NCBI GenBank assembly: GCA_034190625.1
Contig: JAXHSX010000039.1
Span: forward strand, 1 to 31,477
Source of the DNA: Chloroflexota bacterium
GTDB lineage: Bacteria; Chloroflexota; Dehalococcoidia; GIF9; AB-539-J10
Direction of reading: 5' to 3'
DNA length: 31,477 bases
In this document: positions 1 to 8,099 of the stretch, piece by piece
Position numbering within the stretch: position 1 is the stretch's first letter
How the letters are laid out: each line of letters starts with the position of its first letter
Position numbers and translations under genes: made by a program
Notes under the pieces: model-generated
Seen by the model: only the letters and a program-made list of their open reading frames with translations
What the model was told of the DNA's origin: nothing
The model's database searches: none

Positions 1-466
1 TTGCGGATAGATTTAAGAATATGATAAGTTCAATTATTAGCCAATCGATAATACTTTTTGTGTATTCAATATCAAGAGTCTCAATATTGGTTGCGATATC
101 CTGCCCAAGTTCGGACATCAATCTGCAGAACCGTGTTGGAAGCTTTACTGGAAATGATAGACGCTAGGAGGAAATCTAGGAGCTAATATGCTCCTGAGCT
201 GAAACAAATGTTGCTTGGATTCTATTCGTAGGAGTGGAATTGAGGGACGTTGGGGTTTGCTTTCAATGTTCAGAAATTGGTGAGGTGAGATATTTGACTA
301 TTGCGCCTACGACGTGATAGTGGCTTTGTGGAAGGTGAGGATAACCTGACAAAGGTCGTCATCACATAGCTTATGGATATCGTAACATTGGTAATCTCAA
401 GGAGGATGTTTCTGCAAACAACGAGACAGCTACCAATACTAAGCTGCCAACACTAAGGTTTCACAA

Positions 467-493
467 GGTTTTTACGTCTATTGACGAAAAACC
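467..493 (-). terminator. Possible terminator hairpin downstream of nuoH
   Basis: Plus strand GGTTTTT(A)CGTC-TATT-GACGAAAAACC: an 11-bp stem with one bulge, about 50 nt past the nuoH stop. There is no clear U-tract. Confidence 0.3.
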
Positions 494-542
494 GGTTTCT
501 AGAGATATCATGGGACTTGAAGCATTATTAAAGATTAAGGCG

Positions 543-1514
543 CTATAGTACTCCTGCAAACTTCAGCCCAACAGCTACTAAAAGTTGAATCATTGCTATA
601 GGAGCGAGCCATTTTAGACACATAGTTACCATTTGCTCAATTCTAAGTCTGGCAAACAGCGCTTTAATGCAAGCTAAAATGAAGACAATGAGTAAAGTTT
701 TGATAATAAAGGCAACAAATCCTACTATTGAGGCAGGGATTCCCAATAAGTGTACTCCAGGAATATCAAAGCCGCCCAGAAAGAGGACTGATATCAAAGC
801 TGCTCCCGCCACCATTTCTATATTTATCATTATCCTCATCAAGGCTAACCTTCCGCCAGAATACTCTACCAGGGGGCCGTCAACGATTTCTTGTTCTGCT
901 GTGGGAATATCGAAGGGAATACGTTCTAGCTTACCGACAAGGGCGATAATAGCCACGATAAAAGATAGAGGCAACCAGCAAATAAACCAGACATGACTAA
1001 GTTGATATTGAACGATACCTGACAGGCTCCAGACCCCGGCTACTAAAGCAGGGGAAAGTATTGCCAGGAAGAAGGGGACTTCGTATCCAAAAAGCTGGGT
1101 AAGAACTCTAAAGCCACCAATAGTGCCAAAAGGATTCGTGGAGTGCCATCCAGCTAGGAATAGAAGGAGGGCGGGGAGGGTCAGAAGATAGGCTACCACT
1201 ATTATGTCCCCAGTGAAGGGAAAAACCGAGCTGGAAGACCAAATAGGAATATAAATAAACGCAGTGGCTACAGCCGCAATACCAAATATGGGCACCGCAG
1301 TAAACATCTTTCTATCTGCTTCCTTAGGAACCAACCCTTCCTTGGACAGGAGTTTCCAGAAATCAGCTATGGGCTGATAAAGCGGTGGACCTACCCGATT
1401 CTGCAAGCGAGCGTAAACCTTTCTATCAATGAACTCGCAGAATAGAGAATAGAAAAAGACAAATACGAATCCAGGGAAGACTAGTAAATTAACTATGGCG
1501 ATCCCAACGTTCAT
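543..1514 (-). CDS. nuoH: NuoH/MbhM/HycD-family membrane subunit (323 aa)
   Basis: DRKVYARLQNRVGPP and ERIPFDIPTAEQEIVDGPLVEYSG motifs; multiple hydrophobic helices; GGAG RBS 8 nt upstream of ATG. Confidence 0.92.
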   Translation of the reverse strand: MNVGIAIVNLLVFPGFVFVFFYSLFCEFIDRKVYARLQNRVGPPLYQPIADFWKLLSKEGLVPKEADRKMFTAVPIFGIAAVATAFIYIPIWSSSSVFPFTGDIIVVAYLLTLPALLLFLAGWHSTNPFGTIGGFRVLTQLFGYEVPFFLAILSPALVAGVWSLSGIVQYQLSHVWFICWLPLSFIVAIIALVGKLERIPFDIPTAEQEIVDGPLVEYSGGRLALMRIMINIEMVAGAALISVLFLGGFDIPGVHLLGIPASIVGFVAFIIKTLLIVFILACIKALFARLRIEQMVTMCLKWLAPIAMIQLLVAVGLKFAGVL

Positions 1515-1576
1515 CTCATTTACTCCTTTGCCTATTTTGTCACCCTCAGCTTATTCCTCTACTTTCAAGGGAGAGT

Positions 1577-2221
1577 CTAGGTGAGGGATTCTCCATTTAA
1601 CCATGCTCTTTTATCTGGCCCCCAAAATTTTACAATTTCCTTCGCGATCCATTCTAGTGGAAGATCCGCTTGTGGGCTATATTTCTCCAAATACTCTATA
1701 TATGGGTTGCCATCTAAATCTGTCTGGGGCAGAATCGCATCATGTATTCCGTCAAATTCTACTGTAGGGAGCTTATTCTTCGTACATAGTTCCCTGTCGA
1801 AAGTAGCAGCAGCACTAATCCATTTTCCACTAAGAAAGAACTGGTTATAGCCATGGCGGGGAAAAATGTTTGTGCCCATCTTTTCCATTAGGTGAGCGGG
1901 TATTCTGTGATTTTTAATTTTTGCGAAGGAAAGTCTACTGGGAATTAGTGCAGCTCTGCCTAGTGCTGTCAGAAGCACTGCCTTTTGAACACAGTATCCC
2001 TTCTCTCTTCTGAGTACAGTACTGGCCTTGAAATCCTCGAGAAATACAGACGCCATATAAATATTGTATCGAATTGAATCACGGACGAAATAAAAAAGCT
2101 TGATAACTTTCTCTACCTCGCTCGTACAGTCAAGAGTTAGCTTTTCTGCTAACTCTTGAATCATCTCATGTTCCGAGTCAATAGCTTCTGTAGGTTTCAA
2201 ATAAGACTTAAGATCATCCAT
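1577..2221 (-). CDS. Transglutaminase-like superfamily protein (214 aa)
   Basis: GYCVQKAVLLTALGRAALIP (catalytic Cys motif), RHGYNQF (His), ATFD (Asp); N-terminal YLKPTEAIDSEH segment typical of the family. Confidence 0.85.
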   Translation of the reverse strand: MDDLKSYLKPTEAIDSEHEMIQELAEKLTLDCTSEVEKVIKLFYFVRDSIRYNIYMASVFLEDFKASTVLRREKGYCVQKAVLLTALGRAALIPSRLSFAKIKNHRIPAHLMEKMGTNIFPRHGYNQFFLSGKWISAAATFDRELCTKNKLPTVEFDGIHDAILPQTDLDGNPYIEYLEKYSPQADLPLEWIAKEIVKFWGPDKRAWLNGESLT

Positions 2222-2230
2222 TGTTAAGAG

Positions 2231-2596
2231 CTACCCAACAGGCTGACTTAGCTTATCAGGAGTATATAGCGCCTGCGATTTATCCATTATAGAAATCATA
2301 GCTTCATGGGTCAAGTGAATTGCGTCTCTAGGGCAGTACTCTTCACAAAGCCCACAGAAACAACATTTTCCTAAGTGTATTTGGGGATACTTTTTCCCTT
2401 CATCGACTTCTACAAGCTCGATAGCCTTGTTGGGGCAAGCCAAAGAACATACAGGGCAACCTGTGCATTTCTCCAAGTCTAATAATTGTCTCCCTCTATA
2501 GCCATCTACTGGAGGCAGACTCTGATAGGGAAATTGCAAGGTCATGGGTTTTTTGAACAGATTCCTCATAATAGCAGCAGGTCTAAATATGCTCAT
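2231..2596 (-). CDS. NuoI/MbhN/MbxN-like 2x[4Fe-4S] subunit, module 2 (121 aa)
   Basis: KPMTLQFPY, YRGR, CTGCPVCSLACP and CCFCGLCEEYCP motifs. Confidence 0.9.
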   Translation of the reverse strand: MSIFRPAAIMRNLFKKPMTLQFPYQSLPPVDGYRGRQLLDLEKCTGCPVCSLACPNKAIELVEVDEGKKYPQIHLGKCCFCGLCEEYCPRDAIHLTHEAMISIMDKSQALYTPDKLSQPVG

Positions 2597-2602
2597 TTTA
2601 AC

Positions 2603-3742
2603 TCACCTATCCATATCAGCAGGGCAAGAATCCAAACTCCAGTATATCGCAGGAATGTCTGCTATATATGCTCCCTTGGCCAAATAAGGAAACGCAGCTA
2701 AGTTCTGAGAGAAACTGGGAGCCCTAACTTTTACTCTATAGGGTCTCTCGCTTCCATCGCTTACCATGTGGTAGCAAAATTCACCTCTAGCTGCCTCACA
2801 GCAGAAATAGGCTTCCCCTTTAGCAACTTTTTTAGTTAGACCCCATTTTACCCTAAAATCTCCCTCTGGTATCCTTTCCAGTAATTGCCTGATTATAGAG
2901 ATGCTTTCAATTATTTCCCCTCTTCTACACAAAGCCCGGGAGTAGGCATCTCCTTTTTCAAGAGATACAACTTTGAAATTCACGTAGGGGTAAGCGTCAT
3001 AAGGCTCGTCTTTCCTTACATCGGCTACCACGCCGGATGCTCTCAGATTAGGGCCAGTGATCCCCATCGCTATAGCATCATCAGGTCTAAGGATGCCCAC
3101 ATTTTCCAGCCGCATGACAAATGTAGTATTGTAGAAAACGAGATTATCATAGAGTTTCACTTGATTTTCTGTATAATCAAGCGCCTTCAGGGCTTCTTCC
3201 TTGAACCCTTGAGGTAAATCTCTTCTAACACCACCAGGTATGAAATAGCAAGGATATATTCTGCCCCCGGTTGCTAGCTCATTTAGGCGTATGATCTTTT
3301 CTCTATCCCCCCAAGCGATTCTAGTACCGCTATCAAGACCTAGAGCCATGCACATTATCCCGAGCCATGTTATATGGCTTTGTATTCTCCCCAGCTCTGC
3401 CATTATAGTCCGGATGAATTTACCTCTTTGAGGTGCCTCGATACCGGCGGCTATTTCGACAACATTCGCATATCCCATCTCGCAGGAGAAAGGGTCCAGG
3501 ACATTTATCCTATCAACCAACATAGAATTCTGGGCATGGTTTCTATACTCCATAAGCCTTTCAAAACCTCTATGGAGATACCCTGGATGGAAGGTTAGAT
3601 CAACCACTTCCTCGCCGTCGCATTTTAATGAAACATGCACATGGCCTGAGGCTGGGTGCTGAGGACCAAATGGAATGGTAGTGAAGCTTATTTCCCTTTC
3701 CTCTAATTCACTTTTAGCCAAAATACCCTTTGTCCTCTCCAT
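2603..3742 (-). CDS. NuoD/MbxL(MbsL)-like large subunit without the NiFe-binding CxxC motifs, module 2 (about 379 aa)
   Basis: GPQHP, GYLHRGFE, GGVRRD, EAARGE and C-terminal DSCPADMDR. The L1 position reads DRINVLD and there is no C-terminal extension. Start trimmed from the ORF track to ATG 3742; TTG at 3721 is an alternative. Confidence 0.88.
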   Translation of the reverse strand: MERTKGILAKSELEEREISFTTIPFGPQHPASGHVHVSLKCDGEEVVDLTFHPGYLHRGFERLMEYRNHAQNSMLVDRINVLDPFSCEMGYANVVEIAAGIEAPQRGKFIRTIMAELGRIQSHITWLGIMCMALGLDSGTRIAWGDREKIIRLNELATGGRIYPCYFIPGGVRRDLPQGFKEEALKALDYTENQVKLYDNLVFYNTTFVMRLENVGILRPDDAIAMGITGPNLRASGVVADVRKDEPYDAYPYVNFKVVSLEKGDAYSRALCRRGEIIESISIIRQLLERIPEGDFRVKWGLTKKVAKGEAYFCCEAARGEFCYHMVSDGSERPYRVKVRAPSFSQNLAAFPYLAKGAYIADIPAIYWSLDSCPADMDR

Positions 3743-4199
3743 AATATTCCCTTTTAACATATTCACGGATATCAAAATCTTTTCTAAATGGTGGCAACTC
3801 TTCCCAATCCTCAAGAAACAAGGGGGTGAGGTTTGGGTTTCCTTCAAATTCTACACCAAACATTTCATGACCTTCTCTCTCATGGATTTGTGCTCCTATC
3901 CATAGGTCAATGATCGATTTGATCCTAGGAGATTCTCTAGGAATCCTGGTCTTCACGATCGCTCTTATTTTCTTGCTATGTGACCAAAGATGATAGATCA
4001 GCTCAAATTCTCCTTCATTGATATAATCAACGAGGGCGACATCTGAAAGGTGATCAAATCCCATATCTTTAAGATTAGATAAAATTTGGTGAAATTTTAT
4101 CTCTTTTACAGTGAGTAGAATTTTCTTATCTTCCGAGGCTGAGGAGAGAACCTCCTTGGGGAATTTAGACTCAATGGCGGAGATAATTTCGTTGTCCAT
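3714..4199 (-). CDS. NuoC/MbxK-like subunit, module 2 (about 161 aa)
   Basis: GFDHLSDVALVDY, HEREGHEMFGVEFEGNP, PFRKDF. Start trimmed to ATG 4199, which has a GAAGGT RBS and sits just after the upstream stop. Confidence 0.88.
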   Translation of the reverse strand: MDNEIISAIESKFPKEVLSSASEDKKILLTVKEIKFHQILSNLKDMGFDHLSDVALVDYINEGEFELIYHLWSHSKKIRAIVKTRIPRESPRIKSIIDLWIGAQIHEREGHEMFGVEFEGNPNLTPLFLEDWEELPPFRKDFDIREYVKREYYGEDKGYFG

Positions 4200-4200
4200 A

Positions 4201-4650
4201 TTAATGACCTTCAAATCCGCCTTTTATAGCATTCATAGCCATAACTATTCCGTGACCAATATTCTCAGGTTTAGGAGGGCAACCAAGAATCCACATATCC
4301 ACGGGTATGTAGTCATCTATCCGCTTTACAGTAGCATAGGAATCCCAGTACATCCCGCCTGTCATAGGGCAGCTTCCTAAGGCTAAAACATATTTGGGCG
4401 AAGCCATTTGGTCATAGATCATCTTTATACGCTTAACAGCCTTCTTGGTTACATATCCTGCTACGATAAGGACATCAGCATGCCTAGGAGTTGGTACAGC
4501 TAATATTCCAAATCTTTCCATGTCATAGCCAGATCCCACCCAGGGAAGCAATTCCATAAATCCACAAGCGGAGAAGTAATTGATAGCCCATAAGGAATAG
4601 GTGCGCGCTTCAGCTGTGGATTTTATCGCTCGCGGAGTTAAACTCTTCAT
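4201..4650 (-). CDS. NuoB/MbxJ-like Fe-S subunit with only three cluster Cys, module 2 (149 aa)
   Basis: FSACGFME, TPRHADVL, ALGSCPMTGG, GCPPKPE; GGAGG RBS. Confidence 0.88.
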   Translation of the reverse strand: MKSLTPRAIKSTAEARTYSLWAINYFSACGFMELLPWVGSGYDMERFGILAVPTPRHADVLIVAGYVTKKAVKRIKMIYDQMASPKYVLALGSCPMTGGMYWDSYATVKRIDDYIPVDMWILGCPPKPENIGHGIVMAMNAIKGGFEGH

Positions 4651-4705
4651 TTATCAGCCTCCGATACGTGCGCTATCTGATTCGACCATTCTGTATTCAT
4701 AGTCT

Positions 4706-5239
4706 TCAAGATCGGTATCCTTGAGTCATGGCCTCCAATGAATTGCCAAGCACTTCCTTAAATAAAAGTACCAGTTCATCAAGGGAACATTCGACTTCAC
4801 TTGATATTGTAGTGCCGAAAGAGAGCATCTTCGGCTGAATACCTAAAACAATCATTTCTGAGCCGAGTTCTTTTTTAAGGTAATTGATTAACAAGTATAG
4901 AGGGAGGGAATGAGTAGATGGCATTGTCTCCTCTATTTCGTGGTCTTTAATTAGCTTGATCGTGCCGGCTTTTCCTCCTATTTCTGCAGCATCTATAAGC
5001 AATATATGGGAAGGAGATAGCCTGCGTAGCAATCCAGTGAAGTTCTCTGGAGCGTTTCCTGTAGCCAAAACTTCAACGTTCGGTATTTCTGCCAAAGCCT
5101 CTTTGAGCTTCTTCGCTGCCGATAGTCCCAGGGCATCATCGCCACCTAATTCGTTGCCAACGCCCAAAACGACAATTCGTCTCCAGCCACTTAAGGCTTC
5201 CTCAATCCCATTTTTCAAGTTACTTTGAGTAATTACCAT
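4706..5239 (-). CDS. hycI: HycI-type hydrogenase maturation endopeptidase (177 aa)
   Basis: GVGNELGGDDALG, PENFTG, LIDAA, STHSLPL; start overlaps the upstream stop (ATGGTAA). Confidence 0.9.
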   Translation of the reverse strand: MVITQSNLKNGIEEALSGWRRIVVLGVGNELGGDDALGLSAAKKLKEALAEIPNVEVLATGNAPENFTGLLRRLSPSHILLIDAAEIGGKAGTIKLIKDHEIEETMPSTHSLPLYLLINYLKKELGSEMIVLGIQPKMLSFGTTISSEVECSLDELVLLFKEVLGNSLEAMTQGYRS

Positions 5240-5592
5240 TGTTTTGATATTAATGATTCCTTGTCATAGCTGGCAAGCTCAAATTCCTCTGAAAGAGTAA
5301 TTGCCCCGAAGGGACAACTTTCAGCACACTGCCCACAAAATGCGCACCTGTAGAGGAGAAAAACAGGCCGGCTTTCCTCTTCTCCTACCTGCTCCATAAT
5401 TATCGCCTTAGCAGGACAGTCCGTAGCACATAATCCCTTGCACTTTAGTGAGCACTTCTCTGGATCGTATATAGGTCTGCCACGAAAATTCTTGGGAATA
5501 TCCAGTCTCTCGAAAGGATAGAGCACTGTAGCTCTCTTTTTAAACAGATACCTGCTAATCTCGGGGAACATAGCGCCGATTTTCGACATCAC
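5233..5592 (-). CDS. NuoI/MbhN-like 2x[4Fe-4S] subunit, module 1 (119 aa)
   Basis: ATVLYPFE, FRGRP, CSLKCKGLCATDCP, CAFCGQCAESCP; GTGA overlap with the large-subunit stop. Confidence 0.9.
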   Translation of the reverse strand: MMSKIGAMFPEISRYLFKKRATVLYPFERLDIPKNFRGRPIYDPEKCSLKCKGLCATDCPAKAIIMEQVGEEESRPVFLLYRCAFCGQCAESCPFGAITLSEEFELASYDKESLISKQW

Positions 5593-6809
5593 ACTCTCCT
5601 AGCCTCTCCCTTCAATGGAGAGGGAGATTGGTACCTATCAGAGTACCATTTCATGCTGTATTTCCTTAGCTCTTCCCAGCTTATTGCTTGTTTTTCTTTT
5701 CTATTTCTATTCTCACTGTCAAGAATCATGATCCTATCCATACAGGCCATGCATGGATCGATTGCTGCAAATACGATAGGAATATCAGCAATATATCCGC
5801 CCTTGAGGCAATGAAGCACTGAGGTGATATTTGCCAGAGTAGGCGTCCTAACCTTGAGCCTTTCTGGATGATCAGTACCATTACTCCTGATATAGTGAAG
5901 CAATTCTCCTCTAGGGGCTTCAGTCTTGCTTACTACCTCGCCCGCGGGTACCTTGCGCGGTGCTTTGGTTCTGAATTCCCCCTCGGGCAACTCTTCAATT
6001 ATTTGGCGGCACATCTTGCAACTCTCAATTACTTCTAATACTCTGACAACGGTTCTTCCTAAGACATCGCCAAGGTCTGAGGTGACAACCTTGAAATCCA
6101 GATATGGATAGGCAGCGTACGGGTCATCTCTACGAACATCATATTCTACACCAGAGCCTCTGGCGGTAGGACCGCAAGCGCAAAGTTCTATCGCCTTTTC
6201 CTTGGGGAGCAATCCTACTCCTTCGGTTCTGCGCAGGAAAGTGACCTCTGTACTAGCTACCCCAAGATAATATTCAGTTCTTTCCTTGAGTTGCTGAATG
6301 CCCTTTAAGATTTGGGGTTTCATCTCATCAGTTATATTGCGTCTTACCCCGCCGATAGTATTCATGCCATAGTTAACCCTGTTGCCTGAGATAATCTCGA
6401 GTAGATCCATAACTATTTCTCGATCTCTCCAGCTATACATAAACAGAGTATCGAATCCCAGTTCGTGTCCCGCTACTCCGAGCCAAAGGAGATGGCTATG
6501 TATTCTTTCTAATTCGCAGACTAAGGTACGGATATAAAGTCCCCTTTTCGGAACTTCCAAACCGAGTAACTCCTCTACCCCTTGGCAAAAAGTCGTGGAG
6601 TGTATATGAGAGCATATTCCACAGATCCTCGCGGTAAGATAGATATCTTGGATATAATTTCCCAGTTCGCCAGCCTTCTCAATTCCGCGGTGGTTATATC
6701 CCAGACGTACACCTATATCTACTATTGTTTCCCCATCTACAGTGACTGTCAGATTAATGGGTTCTTTCAGTGCCGGATGTTGTGGACCGATAGGAATAGT
6801 GACAGCCAT
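5589..6809 (-). CDS. Group 4 (Mbh/4g-like) [NiFe] hydrogenase large subunit, module 1 (406 aa)
   Basis: IPIGPQHPALKEP, L1 RICGICSHIH, EAPRGE, L2 DPCMACMDR, followed by a cleavable C-terminal extension. Confidence 0.95.
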   Translation of the reverse strand: MAVTIPIGPQHPALKEPINLTVTVDGETIVDIGVRLGYNHRGIEKAGELGNYIQDIYLTARICGICSHIHSTTFCQGVEELLGLEVPKRGLYIRTLVCELERIHSHLLWLGVAGHELGFDTLFMYSWRDREIVMDLLEIISGNRVNYGMNTIGGVRRNITDEMKPQILKGIQQLKERTEYYLGVASTEVTFLRRTEGVGLLPKEKAIELCACGPTARGSGVEYDVRRDDPYAAYPYLDFKVVTSDLGDVLGRTVVRVLEVIESCKMCRQIIEELPEGEFRTKAPRKVPAGEVVSKTEAPRGELLHYIRSNGTDHPERLKVRTPTLANITSVLHCLKGGYIADIPIVFAAIDPCMACMDRIMILDSENRNRKEKQAISWEELRKYSMKWYSDRYQSPSPLKGEARRV

Positions 6810-6810
6810 T

Positions 6811-7275
6811 TCAGCCCTCCTTAACCTCGACCTTGTAATCCTTTCTCAAAGGATAGACCCCTTCCTCCCAATCGTCTGGGAGAATCAATCTCCTAGGATC
6901 GGGGTGGTCTTTCACCTTTAAACCTAGTAGATCCTGTATCTCTCGCTCATAAAGAATGGCGCCAGGCATGACCGGGGTAATAGTATCAAGTACAGGATTT
7001 GTCTTAGGGACAAAAGTGCTTAAGCTGATGGTTACTCCCTGGCAAAAGAAGTGATACAAGACCTCAATATCCTCTCCCACATCGACTGCAGTTATGGTGG
7101 TAATGTGGACCATGCCAAAACTTTGCTTGAGATAATCGATGACTTCCTTAACCTTGGGCAAGGGAATTCGAACAAATATTCTGCGTTCCCGAGGTATCCT
7201 AACTTTGAGGATTTGCTCGCCGAAAGTCTCTTTGAGTTTGTTCTCGACATCACTCGCCACTGACATGAATTTCAT
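6811..7275 (-). CDS. NuoC/MbhK-like subunit, module 1 (154 aa)
   Basis: HITTITAVD, YEREIQDLLG, HPDPRRL, YPLRK. Confidence 0.9.
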   Translation of the reverse strand: MKFMSVASDVENKLKETFGEQILKVRIPRERRIFVRIPLPKVKEVIDYLKQSFGMVHITTITAVDVGEDIEVLYHFFCQGVTISLSTFVPKTNPVLDTITPVMPGAILYEREIQDLLGLKVKDHPDPRRLILPDDWEEGVYPLRKDYKVEVKEG

Positions 7276-7735
7276 TTTTCCTTTTCAGTTCTTCCAAAAG
7301 TTGGTTATAACTGGGATCAAGATCTCCCAGAAGCTTTACTACCCCATGGATGATGGCATCGGGTCGGGGGGGGCAACCAGGTATATATACATTCACCGGG
7401 ATTGCCTTATCTATGCCACCTAGGACGTTATAGCAGCCCCAAAACACATCACCGGAGCAAGCGCAGGAACCAATAGCTATAACGAACTTCGGGTCAGGCA
7501 TCTGCTCGTATATTCTAACAGCTCTATTCTTCATTTGCCTGGTTATCGGGCCGCAGCACAGAAGGACATCAGCATGTCTCGGGGTTCCCTTAAGCAATAT
7601 ACCAAACCTTTCAATATCAAACCTCGGCATAAGGGCAGCAAGGGTTTCAATGTCACAACCATTGCAGCCACCGGTGTTTAGGTGACATACCCATGGTGAT
7701 TTCACTCTGGACCACTTGGTCAAACTTTCAAGCAT
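7250..7735 (-). CDS. Group 4 hydrogenase small subunit (NuoB/MbhJ-like), module 1 (161 aa)
   Basis: GGCNGCDIE (CxxC), TPRHADVL, IGSCACSG, PGCPPRP: four cluster Cys. Confidence 0.93.
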   Translation of the reverse strand: MLESLTKWSRVKSPWVCHLNTGGCNGCDIETLAALMPRFDIERFGILLKGTPRHADVLLCCGPITRQMKNRAVRIYEQMPDPKFVIAIGSCACSGDVFWGCYNVLGGIDKAIPVNVYIPGCPPRPDAIIHGVVKLLGDLDPSYNQLLEELKRKNEIHVSGE

Positions 7736-7778
7736 GAATAAACTCCCTGCATCGTCTCATGGAGGCGGCGCGATGTTT

Positions 7779-8099
7779 TCAATCAGTGAGCAAAATTACT
7801 ACTGTTATCAAAGCGATGACTAAATAAATAATGCCTATCCAAGCAATCCTACCACTTGGTACAGTGGCAATTACCAGGGCAGCTACGTGCAATATGGTAA
7901 AGAAAAAGGCAAAATGAAAGAAGCGGTAATTATGCTGTACTTTCCCTCCTGGAATATCTTCTCCACAAGCATAAGTGCTTAGCTTTCCTTCCTCCATGCT
8001 TGGTTTCGGCCCCAGGGATTTGCTCAATCTGTAAACCAAGTAACCGATAACTAAGAATATTAGGAAGGCAACTGGCGGATAGAGAAGAAATTGACTCAT
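7779..8099 (-). CDS. nuoA: NuoA-like membrane subunit (106 aa)
   Basis: Three hydrophobic helices; loop GKLSTYACGE matches the NuoA YECG loop. Confidence 0.8.
   Translation of the reverse strand: MSQFLLYPPVAFLIFLVIGYLVYRLSKSLGPKPSMEEGKLSTYACGEDIPGGKVQHNYRFFHFAFFFTILHVAALVIATVPSGRIAWIGIIYLVIALITVVILLTD

Noticed and set aside
178-195. Hairpin AGGAGC-TAATAT-GCTCCT
   Set aside because: 6-bp stem with no U-tract and no associated gene.
4647-4700. 17-aa mini-ORF (MNTEWSNQIAHVSEADK) overlapping the B2 start
   Set aside because: It is coupled at one end only, and B2 has its own GGAGG RBS, so it is probably chance.
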